From Octopus vulgaris (Eukaryota): 64,000 nucleotides of DNA. The stretch spans positions 71,486,001 through 71,550,000 of the forward strand of contig OX597819.1 in NCBI GenBank assembly GCA_951406725.2. Reading direction: 5' to 3'. Position numbers and translations under genes: made by a program. Below the pieces are notes generated by a model. It saw only the letters and a program-made list of their open reading frames with translations, was not told the DNA's origin and did not search any database. Below are positions 12,458 to 27,844 of the stretch, piece by piece. Position 1 is the stretch's first letter. The number at the start of each line of letters is the position of its first letter.

Positions 12458-13587
12458 TATATATAATGGAATAGAAAGAGAAGGGAAGAGAAAGAGAGAA
12501 AGGGAGATATCGAGGTACATTGCTAAACACATATAAACGTACACATCTAAATCACACACACAAAGTCAAGATCACACAAATGCATGAATGCACAAAGGCT
12601 CTCTCTCTCACACACACACACACACATACACACACACTTTTTTGCACACTTCACCACACACGAAGATATCGATAATAAGTCAGCTGTCGCATGTGCAATC
12701 AATGGTATTTGATCTAACATCAACTCATTCTTCTGAGCGGCCAAATAAGGTGAAGATTAAGAAGAACTTGAAAGGAATTGTCGAAGAAACTTGTTGAAAG
12801 CCTTGAAGAAGGAATCTTGGTAGTTATTGATGCAATCGAGATAAAGATAAATGCAGAAGACACCTGAATGTTGCAATGGTTTCAGATGTGCTGAATGCGG
12901 TACGAAGTAGGAAGAAAATGGTTTTTAGTGGCGAGATGGTTGCAGTCCTACGATTGGGACCATTAAAAGTATAAAAGAACAGAAGAATTTTTAAAATACC
13001 ATATCGCTTGCATGGTAGAGCTGGGTCATGCAAGGTGCTTCTTGATTTTGGAAATGTAATTTCAGGAAAACAGTTCTTCATTCATGCGTGGCAGAGTGAT
13101 AGAAATTTAGATTCCCAACGATATGATTTTAGATTCGGTCTCACTGTGTGGTACCTTGGGCTTCCATTATAGTCTTCCATTATAGCCTCGGTTTGACCAA
13201 AGCCTTGCGAGTGGATTTGTGGGTTTGGTAGACAGAAAATCAAAAAAGCCGCTTGTGTGTGTGTTCTTTTACTGTGTCCATGCAGGAGAACCAACCTTTA
13301 GTCGAAGAAATCGAACTTTGGACCTAATTATTGTAAGCCTGGTACTTATTCTATCGGTCTCTTTTGTTGAACCGCTAAGATACGGGGACGTAAACACACC
13401 AAGTGATGGTGGAGGGACAAACACAAACACACAAATATATACATAAATATATACGTCTATAGATATGACAGGCTTCTTTCAGTTTCCGTCTACCAAATCC
13501 ACTCAGAAGGCTTTGAGCGACACGAGTTTATAGTAGAAGGTACTTGCCCAATTTGTCACGCAGTTGAACTAAACCCGGAACCGTGTG

Positions 13588-13718
<131 letters not shown>

Positions 13719-13981
13719 AGATAGGGATATAGGTATAGATAAATTAACTTGAAGATTTTCAGTAGTGCCATGTTCTTTGCAGTCGGCATCAGAAAAATCG
13801 TTCATGCCTGAACGAATGTATTCCATAACTGTTTTAAGTTAGCAGAGCAGTGTGATGTGAAAGAGATTTTGGCTACTATTATTAGTATATGGAAGTTCCC
13901 TCGTGAAATCTTGAATGGAATAATTTTAACACAATGGGAGAGAGAGAGAGAAAGGGAGAGAGAGCGAGAGAGAGAGAGGGG

Positions 13982-14012
<31 letters not shown>

Positions 14013-14187
14013 AGTGACAGAGACCCTGTTATGCTGTCTTATATGTTTGAAATAAGATACGATACATTACACTGTTGATTGCTTTATAATATACACGGGG
14101 ATATCATACTGTTGATAATCGTTCCATTATAGATTTCCCTGTGAAACCGCGTAGCTTATTGGTTAGATAAATGTGTGCGCGCGCACA

Positions 14188-14249
<62 letters not shown>

Positions 14250-15009
14250 ATTTAATACACGCTGCTAGATTGAAAGCTACTGATAGTTTCTTGACATTGA
14301 GACATATGGTTAGGCAGATTTTATAACATATCTTGTGTCTTAAACCAATCTTCGTGCTCTGGGCACATGGTTTGTTCTATTTGAAAAACAGGATGCTGGT
14401 ACTTCGTGAGAAACCACGAGAAAAAACCGAGATGATGGTTGATGCAAAAAGTGGAGTGAGAAGTCAAAAAGTGAGAAAAAACGGGAACCGTTTCCCTCTA
14501 TCAAATTCATTCATAACGGATTGGTTGGCTCAGTGCTATATGAAAAGAAGAAGATACTCGCCCAAGGTGCTGCGCTGTGGAACATAACCCGAAGCCAAGT
14601 GGTTAAAAAACGAGCTTTACATTTTTGTTTTAAAAAACAAAACACAAAGTATTCGTTTTAATGGCACCCACAAGAGATGAAAGACGAAGTTAAACAAGCG
14701 ATAGATTGGACTCAGAGCCTCTCCAAAACCCTCACCACAAAATGGCGTGTGGCATTTAATCCGGCGTACTATACTTTCAAGCAGACTGGTATTTTTGATA
14801 AAGATATCAAATGTGATAAATGCAATAATACATTGCTGCTGGTAATATCTCGTCCAGCACACGGAATATATAGCGTTGATGGAGATGTACACTTGAAGAG
14901 GATACGTTATTGAATATTATAAGATATTCTTGTTATGGAAATGTTATATTGCGCAAGAAAATTCATTGTCGATACAGATAGTGTGTACTTGAAAATTATA
15001 TTATCGAAT

Positions 15010-15050
<41 letters not shown>

Positions 15051-15344
15051 AATAGATAAATAACTAAATACATACATAAATAAATATATATATACATATA
15101 CATACATACATACATACATACATACATACATACATACATACATACATACATACATACATACATACGTGTGTGTGTGTGTGTGTGTGTGTGTGCATTTTGA
15201 GATATCACAGTGTTGATGGCGATATCACATGCTGCAGATGAAAATGTGCTGTTGATGGAGATATCGACTATGATATTAATAATACTCTTGAACATGATAA
15301 TGCTATTGAATATCTTATTGTTGATGGATATAGTATCAGCCGAA

Positions 15345-15395
<51 letters not shown>

Positions 15396-16419
15396 AATAA
15401 CATATGAAATAGTTGAAAGAGTTAGCTGCTGTACGATCCATATAGAAATATTTTTAAATATTTGCCCCTCAGCATTTAGAAACCAACAATCTCCAGAATT
15501 CTGTTATTGGCAGAATCGATTGAAATTGCAAATATTCTGAACTTTTTACAGTATATTGCTTTCTTTCCTACGAAGAATATAAATGACCTATTCCATATAG
15601 TATCAGACCACTCGCAGAGAGGACGTCAGTTCGTACCGTGTCATAATCATTGTATTATGCATAAGGTCACACCTATTCTATTCTCAGATGGCCCCATCCA
15701 CTTAGGGTCTACAAGAACAATATTGTAAATTCGACATGTATTTCGTCAAATTCCATTGCTCATTTTCAATTATGGCCGAAAAGAAGGCTGCATCTAGTGA
15801 AACGTTTATCATTTATCCATTCAATGCAGGAGAAACTGACGATAAACATCGGACTGGTAGGCGATGGAGATCCATGTAGATGCATTCCTCCTGTCGTGTT
15901 TTTCTTTAAGTTTTCTATTATTAATATTTTTGCTATACTATAGTGAATATAATAGTCTCTAGATGCCTAAGATTTTTACTTCTTTATTTTGTCAGAAGTA
16001 CAATATGTCTGATAAGTTTATAGCGGTCTAAACTACTTGTTCTCCATCATTTTCTACCTACGGACACCTTTGATTCCCATATAACTCAGGTGAGACGAAC
16101 TCACATAGTCATTGAATGTCTAAAAACTAAAATATTTTCTTGATTAAACATTCGGAATTGTATAAAAGAAATTGTTTAAATATTTTGTGAATTCTTTATT
16201 GTCAGTTTATTACAAATAAATTTTAACAAAGACATTTTATATGGACCTCCAAGGGTCATTCGGACCCTGGATGGGAGCCGCTGGTCTATACAAGCTAAGT
16301 GCATTCATTATTTATAATTATCAAAAAATAAAGTCATCTTGCTAATTAGTTTAGTGTCCATTTCAAAATATTAATTACTGATTATGACAAAATGGATATT
16401 CGTTTATTTTTTCCATTTT

Positions 16420-16618
16420 TTCTTTTATTTGCTTCAGTCATTTGACTGCGGCCATGCTGGAGGACCGCCTCTAATCGACCAACTTGAGCCAGGACTTATT
16501 CTTTGTAAGCCTAGTACTTATTCTATCATACCCTTTTTGCTGAACCGCTAAATTACGAGGACGTAAACACACCAGCATCGCTTGTCAGGCGATGATGAGG
16601 GTACAATCACACACACCA

Positions 16619-16673
<55 letters not shown>

Positions 16674-16880
16674 ACACACACACACACACGCACATATATA
16701 TATATATACATACACGGCCGGCTTCTTTCAGTTTCCGTCTACCAAATCCACTCACAAGTCTTTGATCGGCTTGAGACTACAGTAGAAGACACTTGCCCAA
16801 GGTGCCACGCAGTGGTACTGAACCCAGAATTATGTGGTTGGTAAGCAAGCTACTTACCACACAGCCACTCCTACGCCTAT
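16420..16880 (-). mobile_element. SINE family B, full length
   Basis: AGGCGTAGGAGTGGCTGTGTGGTAAGTAGC head, GGCACCTTGGGCAAGTGTCTTCTAC core, internal (TG)n, conserved tail. Confidence 0.9.
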
Positions 16881-17008
16881 ATCTATTACCTTTTTATATT
16901 TAATGTAAATCTAATCTGTTTGTAACATATCTTCTTTAGTTTTTCTCTCCTTCGTTGTGGTCGACTCTATGTTCATTAATCGACACTTTAATATTTGTAA
17001 AGGGACAA

Positions 17009-17222
17009 GGCGGCGAGCTGGCAAAACCGTTAGCACGCCGAGCGAAATGTTTGGCGTTATTTCCTCTGTCTTTACGATCTGGCTTCTAATTCCGCCGAAA
17101 TCATTTTGCCTTTCATCCATTCGGAATCGATAAATTAAGTACCAACTGCATACTGAGATCGATCTAATCGACCGGTCCCCTCCCTCAAAATGTTGGGCCT
17201 TGTGCCTAGAGTAGAAAAGAAT
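17009..17222 (+). mobile_element. SINE family A, full length
   Basis: GGCGGCGAGCTGGCAAAACCGTTAGCACGCCG...GCCTTTCATCC...TGTGCCTAGAGTAGAAAAGAAT. Confidence 0.9.
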
Positions 17223-18049
17223 ATTTGTCAGGGAATATTTAATCATATTTTTGATCTGTCAGTTTCAAGTACTAAACTAGTGTTCTTATTTTCTTCTTTA
17301 CAAGCTCACCCTGGTATATTGTTCTCATCCGATTTTCTGTATCAGTCTTCATGGTTATTTATCACATGCAGCATATAACTTGAAGTTGTCCATATACAAT
17401 ATATAGTTGGTTCTTCTCTCGTAGCCTAGTATAGAGAGTCAACGCCGTTAGTAGGGGGCGCTGAGAAAGTGAAAGGGGAGAGTGACGTATAGAATCACAA
17501 TAAAACTAGGCTAAGTTAAGAGAAGTTGAATGAAGTCAAAGCATTTATGAAGAAGACAGGAGAATATGAACAAGTAAACGAAAGTAACGACTGAGGAATG
17601 AAAACGAAAAAAATGAAAAACTGAGGTAGTGTGAAAGGGTTAGATTTTAATACATTTTATGAACTGTTAGGAAAGCCCCGAAGAAGTACTTTTGGAACAA
17701 TGCAAAAATTACCAAAAATATTTCTTTTATTAAAAATAAAAAAAATAAAAAATTCTAAAAATATTCTATTTTGGGACGAAGCAGAAATGACCAAAAATCA
17801 TTTTTTAATTCTTCCCCACTACCACCCCCAAATTCCAAACACCAATATTCTCTCACAGCATTTACATTTGAATCCAGTCTTGTTTAAGCTGTTGGCTCAA
17901 TGTATTAGCGCCGCCATGAAAGCAAGATGAAAAGCTGGAATATTCCTCTGCTAAAAGAAATATGATTATTTTTTATAATTCCCCATCTAGATCTAGAGAA
18001 TTAACTATAGAAATAATATTGGTTACACCATTTGACCTCACTAATAAGA

Positions 18050-19800
18050 CCATTTTTCGGATTCAATTCTACATGGATGATCCTGGCCATATTATCATGT
18101 CCAAGCTTATTTTGAGTTTGTGATATTTTCGACCACTCTGATGTTACGTAGAAGATTTACTCGTCTCTTTCATTTCCCAACCTACACTTTTCTGATACAT
18201 CTTACTCGTTGATATCTGAGATAATTATTTACCACTTCCTCAGCACGTAACACATATATCTCCTTATTATTGGTGCCAACTTATTCATAGATAATGTTTC
18301 CAGGATCCACGTATAGAGATCGCTGTCAGAAGACTATGTTTTATTCTCATACAGTCTTTGATTAATCTTATGTTAACCAGTAATTAATCTTCACAAATAG
18401 CTGAGCCTTCGCAGAATTCGTTCTGATTCCCTAGAAGAAGGTTGTTTCTTTTCTCAACAGTTTAGTCATTTTTCTGATGTAATTGCAGTTAAGACTTCCC
18501 AAACTATAGTCAATGATAAAGGTTAAGGCTCTGGGTTTCTTAGAGTAGTTTCTTTAGTGCTGTGGTTTCAAACAGTTTTTTTTTTTCGGTGAACCACTTG
18601 TACGTTGCTTCTGGCTCCCTCGCTATCAACCATTTCAACTTCTAGGCCTTATGTGTTCTTGTTAAAAATTTAAACCATACAATAGCAACTGAGCTGCTGT
18701 CTCTTCTTTTGTTGATGATGCCCAAGATTGTTCCTGTGCTGTGTTCATTGTGGCTGCGATTTATTTGTTGTCTATACTCCTCATCCGAATCATTTCATTT
18801 TAGTCATATCTTTTTAATATTTTTACTTTATTATTGATAAAATGCTTTCGGGTTAGAGTTGAACAGTTGGTATTTTTCAACGAATCGTTATCGCTTGTCA
18901 CACCGACGAATTCTTTACGATATTGCGAAGTTCTCAGGTTCCATACGTTCTTTGATTTCAGTTACTTATTTTTCTTTTGTTATGCTGTATTTCTGTGGTA
19001 TTTGCCTCTCCGTGTTTAGCAGTTGTATCATTTCATTATTGATTTCATTAAGGATTGAAACATTGTCTTTATTTTCTGGAGGATGGGGTTTTGTAGGTTT
19101 GTTGTCTATGTAGTTTACTTGAATTTTGATATTATGAGAAAGTACGCTGCATATATAATTTCCATGAGTCTAGTGATATTGATGTTCGTGTCTGTTTTCA
19201 TTTATTCCACGATTGTTAAATTTGTGTGAGTAGTTTTTGTTTTCTTTTTTACTGTTGCTATTTCCTTTTATAGATTTATCCTTGGGAAATATCTCTTTTG
19301 CTTCGTCAGAAAGTCTTTTGTTTCTAATTCTTTATTTTGCCATATTTCGATTTTCATTCTTAGAGTTTCCTATTCATAAATCTGTCTCCTATTCCCTTTT
19401 ATTAATATTTTTTTATTTTCATTGTCCCGATTGCGTTTTTTATTTCTTAGTTTCGGTCAGTATTGTGTAGGTGTTCAAAGGTTTCGTGTATTCTTTCTTT
19501 TCAAGTGTTCTATTACGATTTCTGATTTTCGAGGGAGGGGTGGAGATATTCACAATGCATCACCTTAAACCATCTACTCTGGTCTTTTATATTGCCAACA
19601 CCATGTTTGCACCAGCTTATTTTCTCTTCAAAGTTCATCCAAGAACTTTACCGTAGTTTCATTTCTTGGAAAGGGAATGACAATAAAATATGTCTGTAGT
19701 AGAATATCAACATCTTCTTCAAGTGTCCCATGATGATATTTTGTTCTGCTTGCCAGATGTGGAAGGAATGCTTGATCTAGTTGTTAAATCGTTTTCGTTG
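18050..19800 (-). pseudogene. Highly degraded R4/Dong-like non-LTR retrotransposon
   Basis: Scattered minus-strand peptides GHDNMARIIHVEL (cf. RHD.VARIIHWEL), AQEQ and GIRTNSAKA resemble the C-terminal region of R4-clade ORFs. Many stops and frameshifts; borders approximate. Confidence 0.4.
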
Positions 19801-21819
19801 GGTGCCACCGTTTTCGTTGAGTGCCAGTTTCTTTGTTTCTAACGATGTGCAATTTTTAGACACCCCATAAAACTTTCGGTTGATTGATGTCGGTCGTATT
19901 CGTATCGCCTGATGTTCTTTATATGAGGATTTAAAATATGCTGCTGGGTCAAGAAAGTGTCTATGTCTACTTTCAACTACATAGGCAACTAAAGCAATAA
20001 GCAAAAGCATGGTACATGTGAGCAGGCCATCCTTTTGCGTGTTGCTCTTTGACTACGTCAGTTTTTCTTTGTATAAATCCTGAATATACATCAGTACTTC
20101 TTTTAGATATTTACATGATTATATATGCGTCTATACATGTACATCTTGTCTGTTTGTCCACACACCCACCTGTCTGGCTGACATGATTATGTCAGTATGT
20201 GTGTGTTTGTATGTATGAGTGAACATGTACACCATGTGGTCTGTACAGAACTACATTATCCGAGGTGTTTTTTTTAAACGCCAAGTTTTTGCGTGAGGGA
20301 GTTTGACTGCTATGTCTACATGTCTGGAAATGTAGCTGTAAATTAACTTCCTTCTGATGTCTGTAAGACCATTTTAAACCAAAGAAAATATGGGAATCGA
20401 TATCTTACAAGAAAAGTATTGAATAACACGTAAAAAATAACTTCAATTGGTTAGATATGAGGTTTTAGATTGTGTCTTAAAGCCTAATCAATTAATCCAT
20501 TTATCTTTACGAGACATGTTAACATCTGATATATTGATCCCAAATATAATTATAGGTCCTGTTCTCTTAAATCCTAACAGCAATACAATAATGGAAGTCT
20601 TATTTTTAGCGTATGTAATGGCTGTCACAGATACACATAGTAATTTGACGCTACATTTTAGAATTGAATTTACCACGAGATGAAAACTAACAGAGATATT
20701 GGAGAAAAAGATGAAGTCAAGTAGTGAGGCGAAGTATGGTGATTGGTTGGTTTGGATAGTTTGTCATGAGGACTGAAAAGGCTGAAATTTCGGACGACGC
20801 TGATTTGACATGTAAGTAAAGAACCTTATTGGTCGGTGCAAGTGAACAAGAAGTGGATAAGTTAAATTTTAATCTTAACCGGGGGCCATAACAAATTTTG
20901 TTGCTAACATTTATCTGCTATAAATTGGCTACACGTCTACAATGTGCAACATATTTTAACAATTTTTATAAACAATTACAAATAATATTTGATATTAATA
21001 TGATTGTTTTAAGCATCGAACGTGTAGGAGGATCCATCCGAGTAAAATAGGAGTCAAAGGAGTCGATAGGTAAAAAATGGTTGAGAAACAGAAGGTTGAA
21101 AAATACCAACGTGGGCGGTATTACCCGCCCCCCGGGAGTGGTGGAAAGTTCCAAGGGGGCGTTGAAGAAAAGTGGGGCAATAATGGGATAGGAATTCATG
21201 TAAAAAGAGGGGCGACAATGGGGTAGTAACAACAAAATTATGGGTTCATTAGGTTAAGTTTTATTTGTCAAATACAGTTGCTTTGACTTTGCTTCAGGAA
21301 GGAGCCTACGTTTGCGAAGGTTACTTGGGGGTGGGGTGGTAAGAATGTAGCCTGGGTGTCAAGGGGGCAGCAGCCGGAAAATGTTTGGGATCCACCGAGG
21401 TAAGTGTAGATGAGAAATGGATGTCAACGAATCAGCTATAAAAGAGAGAGAGACGAGTGGAGAGGCAGATGAATGGTGTGAGAGGTGGTGTCAAGTATCA
21501 GTTGTTAAAAGACGATTAATTGATAGAGAACACATATTTGAGCTCTACATTAGCACATTTCGTCCACCAAATCGATATTGCCGGTACAGTTGCACGGTGT
21601 GCAACACATCTGACGTCAAAATCATCGCAGAGCAACGCCGGATGAAGTGTTTTATGTACAGCATCATACTTTGAAGGTTGTGATCCGCGTTGCCAGACTG
21701 CTGATATCAAATAAAGTGTTTCGCTATGCAAATTTGTAGCCCCAGATATCTGAAGCTAACGGATTAGTTGTGTATTTTAATAGATTGGTTGCTTATTTCT
21801 CTGGGGTTTTATCCTTTCA

Positions 21820-22285
21820 CTTGTTTCAGTCATTTGACTGCGGCCATGCTGGAGCACCGCCTTTATTTGAGCAAATTGACCCTAGGACGTATTGTTTATA
21901 AGCTTAGTACTTATTCTACCGGTCCCTTTTGCTGAACTGCTAAGTTACTGGGACGTAAACACACTAGCATCGGTTATCAAGCGATGTTGGGAGGACACAC
22001 ACAGACATACATATATATACACACATGCATATATATATAAATCCTTTAAATCCTTTAAAATGTTTTAGCCCGAAGGCCGCGGCCATGCTGGGGCACCACT
22101 AGGGCACCACATACATATATACGACGGGCTTTTTTCAGTTTCTGTCTACCAAATCTACGCACAAGGCTTTGATCGGCTCGAGGCTATAGTAAAAGACACT
22201 TGCCCAATATGTCATGCAGTGAGACTGAACTCGCAACTATGTGGTTGGTAAGCAAGCTACTTACGACTCAGCCACTCCTGCACCT
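21820..22285 (-). mobile_element. SINE family B
   Basis: Conserved head and tail, with an extra tail-like fragment inserted at ~22040-22110. Confidence 0.85.
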
Positions 22286-22909
22286 ATGATTGGTCAAGTA
22301 ATGCAGACACCGCTGATGTGCACTCAATAAGGTTCGAAAATCGATGAAGGCTAAGGTTAAAGCAGAAAACACTTGCTGAAGGTACCACGTAGCGAGACCG
22401 AACTCAAAACCATTTGTTTGAGAAGCAAACTCTTTACCACACAGCCACGCCTGCGCCTATATATGTTCACATAAACACATACAACCATGCGCTCACATCA
22501 ACGCACTCTCATTCAAACATACACACACACACACACAACACACACATAACCTCACATTACTGTTTGGATTATATTTTTTTCTCGTGCATGACAACAATTT
22601 TGTACATTGACAAAACGTTTAAGCAAAGAATAGCATCTCGTAATAGGAAATATAAATTTCATTTTATGACAAAACTATTTTGGAAGATGTCATTAAAAAA
22701 TAATATTAGGCGACTCAACAAAAAATAGCTTATGTTACTGTCAATGTTGACTATACGTGATACATTAGACGCGTGTCTATTAATAGGTGTAGGAGTGAGT
22801 CATTGCTAAAGTCGCTCTTGGTAGCTGAGCGGTGAAACAATTGTGATTAGGTAACGATTTCGGTTGGATAATGTAGTTGTGACGTCACAGTTGTGGCCAT
22901 CTGTCTAGG

Positions 22910-23291
22910 TTGTAGCACTCCGTCGGTTACGACGACGAGGGTTCCAGTTGATCCGATCAACGGAACAGCCTCCTCGTGAAATTAACATCCAAGTGGCTGA
23001 GCACTCCACAAACACGTGTCCCCTTAATGTAATTCTCGGGGAGACTCAGCATGACATAGAGTGTGACGAGGCTGGCCCTTTGAAATACAGGTACAACAGG
23101 AACAGGAAGAAAGAGTGAGAGAGGGCCGTGGTGAAAGTGTACAGCAGGGTTCGCCACCCCCCTGCCGGAGCTTCGTAGAGCTTTAGATGTTTTCGTTCAA
23201 TAAACACTCACAACGCCCGGTCTAGGAAACGAAACTGCGATGCTACGAGTGCGTGTCCACCGCCCTAACCATTGGGTCATTGCGCCTCCAC
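22910..23291 (-). mobile_element. tRNA-derived SINE, family C
   Basis: Head GGAGGCGCAATGACCCAATGGTTAGGGCGG..GTTTCGTTTCC. Body also found at ~24210-24525 (+); head also at 27845-28090 (-). Confidence 0.8.
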
Positions 23292-25133
23292 CGCTCATGG
23301 CGAGCAGTGATACAATTGTGATTAAATAACGATTTCGGTTGGATAATGTAGTTGTGACGTGATAGTTGTGGCTATCTGTATGTATGTAATGTATGTATGT
23401 ATGTGTGTATGCATGTATGTATGTAGATATGTGAGCACGTATGTATATGTATGTGTGTATGTAGGTGTGTGTGTGTGTATGTACGTACGTATACATGTAT
23501 GTGTAAGTGTGTGTATGGGTGTCTATGTATGCTTGTAGATAAGTAGGTAAGTGTGTGTTTGTATATACATGTATATGCTGTGTATATATGCTCGTATGTA
23601 TGTATACACACACACATATACTATATATAGTATACCTTTCTATATCTGGCATTCTACTTAGCCCTATCACTCAAATCTATGAAGTCCCCTATTTCTCACT
23701 CTATCAGACCCCCTCTCCCTTTCTCTCTTTCTCTAGCACCCACATATATATATACAACCCTATGTTGATTATTGCTCATGAAATATTAACCGGCTTCCTT
23801 TGACCTGCCATTATCCTCTGGTTTTATCTACAATTTCTTCCTTTCGACCATAAATCCGAAACTCGTCTTACTTTACACGCTATAAACAAGTCGGGGAGAT
23901 GGCACGCCAGGAAAAATGTTTAACAGTATTTCGCCCATCGCTACGTTCTGAGTTCAAAGTCTGCCGTGGTCGACTTTGCCTTTCATTCTTTTAGGGTCGA
24001 TAAATTAGGTACCAGTGAAACACTGGGGTCGACTAGTCCCCTCCCCACAAATTTGAAGCCTTGTGCCTGCAGTAGAAAGTTCTTCACATGTTATAAACGC
24101 AAGACTGTGTTACGAGAACCAAGCAATCAAATGCCACTTTTGTGGTATCTGTTTCAAGAGCAGGCTGTCGTCTACGAATAGGTACGTCATGGTGATATAT
24201 ATATACCGTCTGAAGGAGTGTGGCTTAGTGGTTAGAGTTCGGCTCACAATCGTTCGATATCGGGTTGTGTGTTGTGTCCTTGAGCAAGACACTTTATTTC
24301 ACGTTGTTCCAATCCACATAGCTGGTAAAAATGAGCAGTACCTACATTTCAATGAACCGGCCTTGTAGCATTCTGAATTACGCTGAATCCTCCTGAGAGC
24401 TACCTTAAAAGTACGTGTGTCTGCGGAGTGCTCAACCACTAGAACGTTCATTCTACGAGCAAGTTTTCCGGTTGATCGGTTGAACTGGAACCCTTGTCGC
24501 CGTAATCGATGCAGTGCCAGTTAATATGTACCATGCTTTCACTGATTTTTGTAGGTGCCTATGTAGTCGTGCTTAGACCTTCTCGACTCTCTTCCAACGT
24601 TTAACCCATCGGCACATGCAGGATGGGCTACCTTGAGTGAAAGGGAGAGAGAGAGAGAGATGTATGGAACAATGTGAAATGAAGTGACTCGCTCAAGAAC
24701 ATAACGCGCCAGGCAGTCAAGGAACTGAACCTAAGACTTTGTGATCGTCACACGTTGTTGGTCAGAGACTGAATATTCTTATTGTAAATTATACTTCAAA
24801 AGCTTCACATAGTTTATTTCTTCTTAATATTTTATTATGAGTCTAAAGTGTTACTCCTCATACGGCAGGTAATTCAGGAAGTGTATCTTTATCACCATGG
24901 ATAACATCAGGAAATATGTCATACATGAAGTGATTATAATATAACTTTTATCAACTGTCTTGCTGCTTGCACAGAATGATGAAATAAGTTCTAATTTCCA
25001 AAAGAAGCGTTTCTTTTTTCTTAAAATAATATTAAATTAAATAATATTTAAGAAGAACAAAATGTTAACTGAAAACAAAATTACACTATGTTGATTTATA
25101 TCAAGGAAGTTACTCGCTCTCATTCACACACGA

Positions 25134-25182
<49 letters not shown>

Positions 25183-26659
25183 CACACACACTATCTTTCT
25201 TTTTCTTTCCTTCCTTTCTTTCTTTCTTTCTCTCTGTCTCTCTCTCTCTCACACACTGTCGATATACACATACATACATGCATACATACATGTATCCATA
25301 CATTTATACATACATACACACAACATTATATATAATATATATATAAATAAATACGAGTGTACGTATTTATAGGTCATGGACGAACGAAAGAAAGAGACAC
25401 TCAACGGATAGATTTAGTAGGTGTTAAATATATCATTATTTAAAACTGTTTGATTCGGTGCCATGTGGTTAACTGAACTCGACGAGCCAGCTTTCCTTAA
25501 GAACGAAAATTTAAATCGCTTGAGGCCGAATCAAACTTAATTGCAATATATATATACAGAGAGAGGGGGAGAGAGAGAGTGAGAGAAAGAGGGGAGAGAG
25601 AAAGAGGGGAGAGAGAAAGGGCGGAAGAGAGAGAAATCTCAGTCCCTGTAACCCATTCTCTCTGCACACGCATAGCATAAATTACTCATTGCCTAACACG
25701 CAGCCTAGTATGTGAACTCATCTTGTAGCTCTTGCGTTAATCCCCTCTTTTACACTCTTGTACACTCTTTTACACTCTTTTACTCTCTTTCTCTCTCTCT
25801 CTCTCTCTCTCCATCATTTTCTCCCTCTCTCTATACGATGTAAAACGTGATTGGAATAATAACATCAACAACAGCAACAACAATAATAATGATAGTAATA
25901 ATAATAGAATAAAAATAATAGAAATAATTATGGTTTAGGAATATCATAAGCTATTCATAACGATAGGTTTAAAGAGACGACAAAAATATATTGAAAGGCA
26001 ATTATGGAAAGTCACGATTAAGAACAAGACTCATATGATTTGATGAATGATGTCTATTTATGGGAAGGTTCACGCTCAAACAGAGCTGAACAGATGACTC
26101 AACAGAGACAAAAACAAAAAGAAAAACTATCAAAATCAATTACAACAACATTCACAATAAAAGCAACCATTGACAATCGTAAAATAGGTACGTTTCGTCT
26201 TATCGTAGTTGCTGCGTTGATACTGTTAGCAATCCCCATTGCTGCAGCAATCGCAATAGAAAACGCAACAAGACTTATAACAACAACGGCAATCACAATG
26301 ATAGCAACTGTTAATGTTTCTAATATAGGTTTGTTGTGCCTTAGATACTCTGTTGACGCTGTTTGCATTCTTGATTGCATCAGAAATCGCAACAGAAATC
26401 ACAACAGTTATAGCAACATTAATCCTGACAAATATTTAAAGCAGTTGCTACGAAGAGATGGAAGAGACGTCTGCCGGAAATTGGAATCAGTTCCCCTCGT
26501 ATCATCTGGTTATGAGAAATGAAGAACACATTGCATAAAATGTAGTTCTAAATACAGAATAGAAAATAAGTGACGGAATGGACGTGGAATGAACGCTTTT
26601 AGTAATGAATCTGATCGGTCAGGATTGCCTTGAGACCCAACAACAAGAGCAACAACAAC

Positions 26660-27415
26660 GACAGTTTTTGATTTAGGCACAAAGCCAGCGGTTTTGAGAG
26701 GGAGAAGTAAGTCGGTCACATCAGCTTGACTGTTACGCTATTTTATTGATTCCTAAAGGATGAATGGCAAAGGGTGAATGGTAAAGGATGAAGGGCAAGA
26801 ATAGAATTTAAAACGTAAAGAGGTGGCAAAAATGCTGCTAACCATTTCGCCTGACGCGGTAACGATTCCTCCAGCTCACCGCCTTCTGCCCTATTAATAA
26901 TCGTTTCTACTATAGGTACAACGCCTGAAATTTGGGGGGAGGGGTAAGTCGGTTACATCGACCCTAGTGCTTAACTGCGACCTCGAAAGGATGAAGGGCA
27001 AAGTCGACCTCGGTGGAATTTGAACTCAGAACATGAAGATGAACAATAAACTGCTAAGCATTTCGCCCAACGTGCTAACGATTCCGCCAATACACCGCGT
27101 TTCCGTCTTTTTAATCCTTTCTACTGAAGGCACAAGGCCCGAAACTTTAGGGGAGGGGATATCGATTACATCGACCCCAGAGTGTAACTGGTACTTAATT
27201 TATCGACCCCGAATGGGTGAAAGGCAAAGTTGACCTCAGCGGGAGTTGAACTCAGTACGTAGCGGCAAACGAAATACCGCAAAGCATTTTGACCCTGAAA
27301 GGATAAAAGGTAAGACTGACCTCGGCGAGATTTGAATCCAGATCCTAAAGAACTAGAACATCGCAAAGTGATTGTTCATGACGTTTTAATCATTCTGCAA
27401 ATGCATCGCCGCCTT
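26660..27415 (-). mobile_element. Cluster of ~4 tandem SINE family A copies
   Basis: Repeated GAAAGGATGAAGGGCAAAGTCGACCTCGG-like blocks. Confidence 0.8.
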
Positions 27416-27844
27416 CAGTTATATGATATACAAAACCTTACAATCGTAAAGTGTTGATTATTACATACCGAAGACTGCGGTGGATAGCTCTGGATACATT
27501 TATAACTTAATGCCTCTAAAGTTCGTCTGTAAGTAAAAGTTCACACAAGGTATGGATTATATATTCTGGCTTGGCATAGTAACCAGGGCAAAATTTAGTG
27601 AGGGTGTCAATAATGTGGAAGAAAGCCATGACATTTTTTCTTAATAATAATGATTTCTAAACTTGGCGCAGAACAACAAATTTGGCGGGTGGAGTGGTTA
27701 TAATTAATTATTTAATCAACATTCTATCGAGTTTTTACTCATGGTGTGAGATCACGAAAGCTACACATACACGCGCACATACACATAAATATATACGTAT
27801 ACATACATATATATATATATATATATGTGTGTGTATATGTATAT

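Noticed and set aside
14677-14913. 78-aa ORF with CxxC
   Set aside because: Possibly a LINE C-terminal relic, but too short to assign.
15420-15900. Non-repetitive stretch that might be a viral or retroelement relic
   Set aside because: No motif I could recognise in the frames I read.
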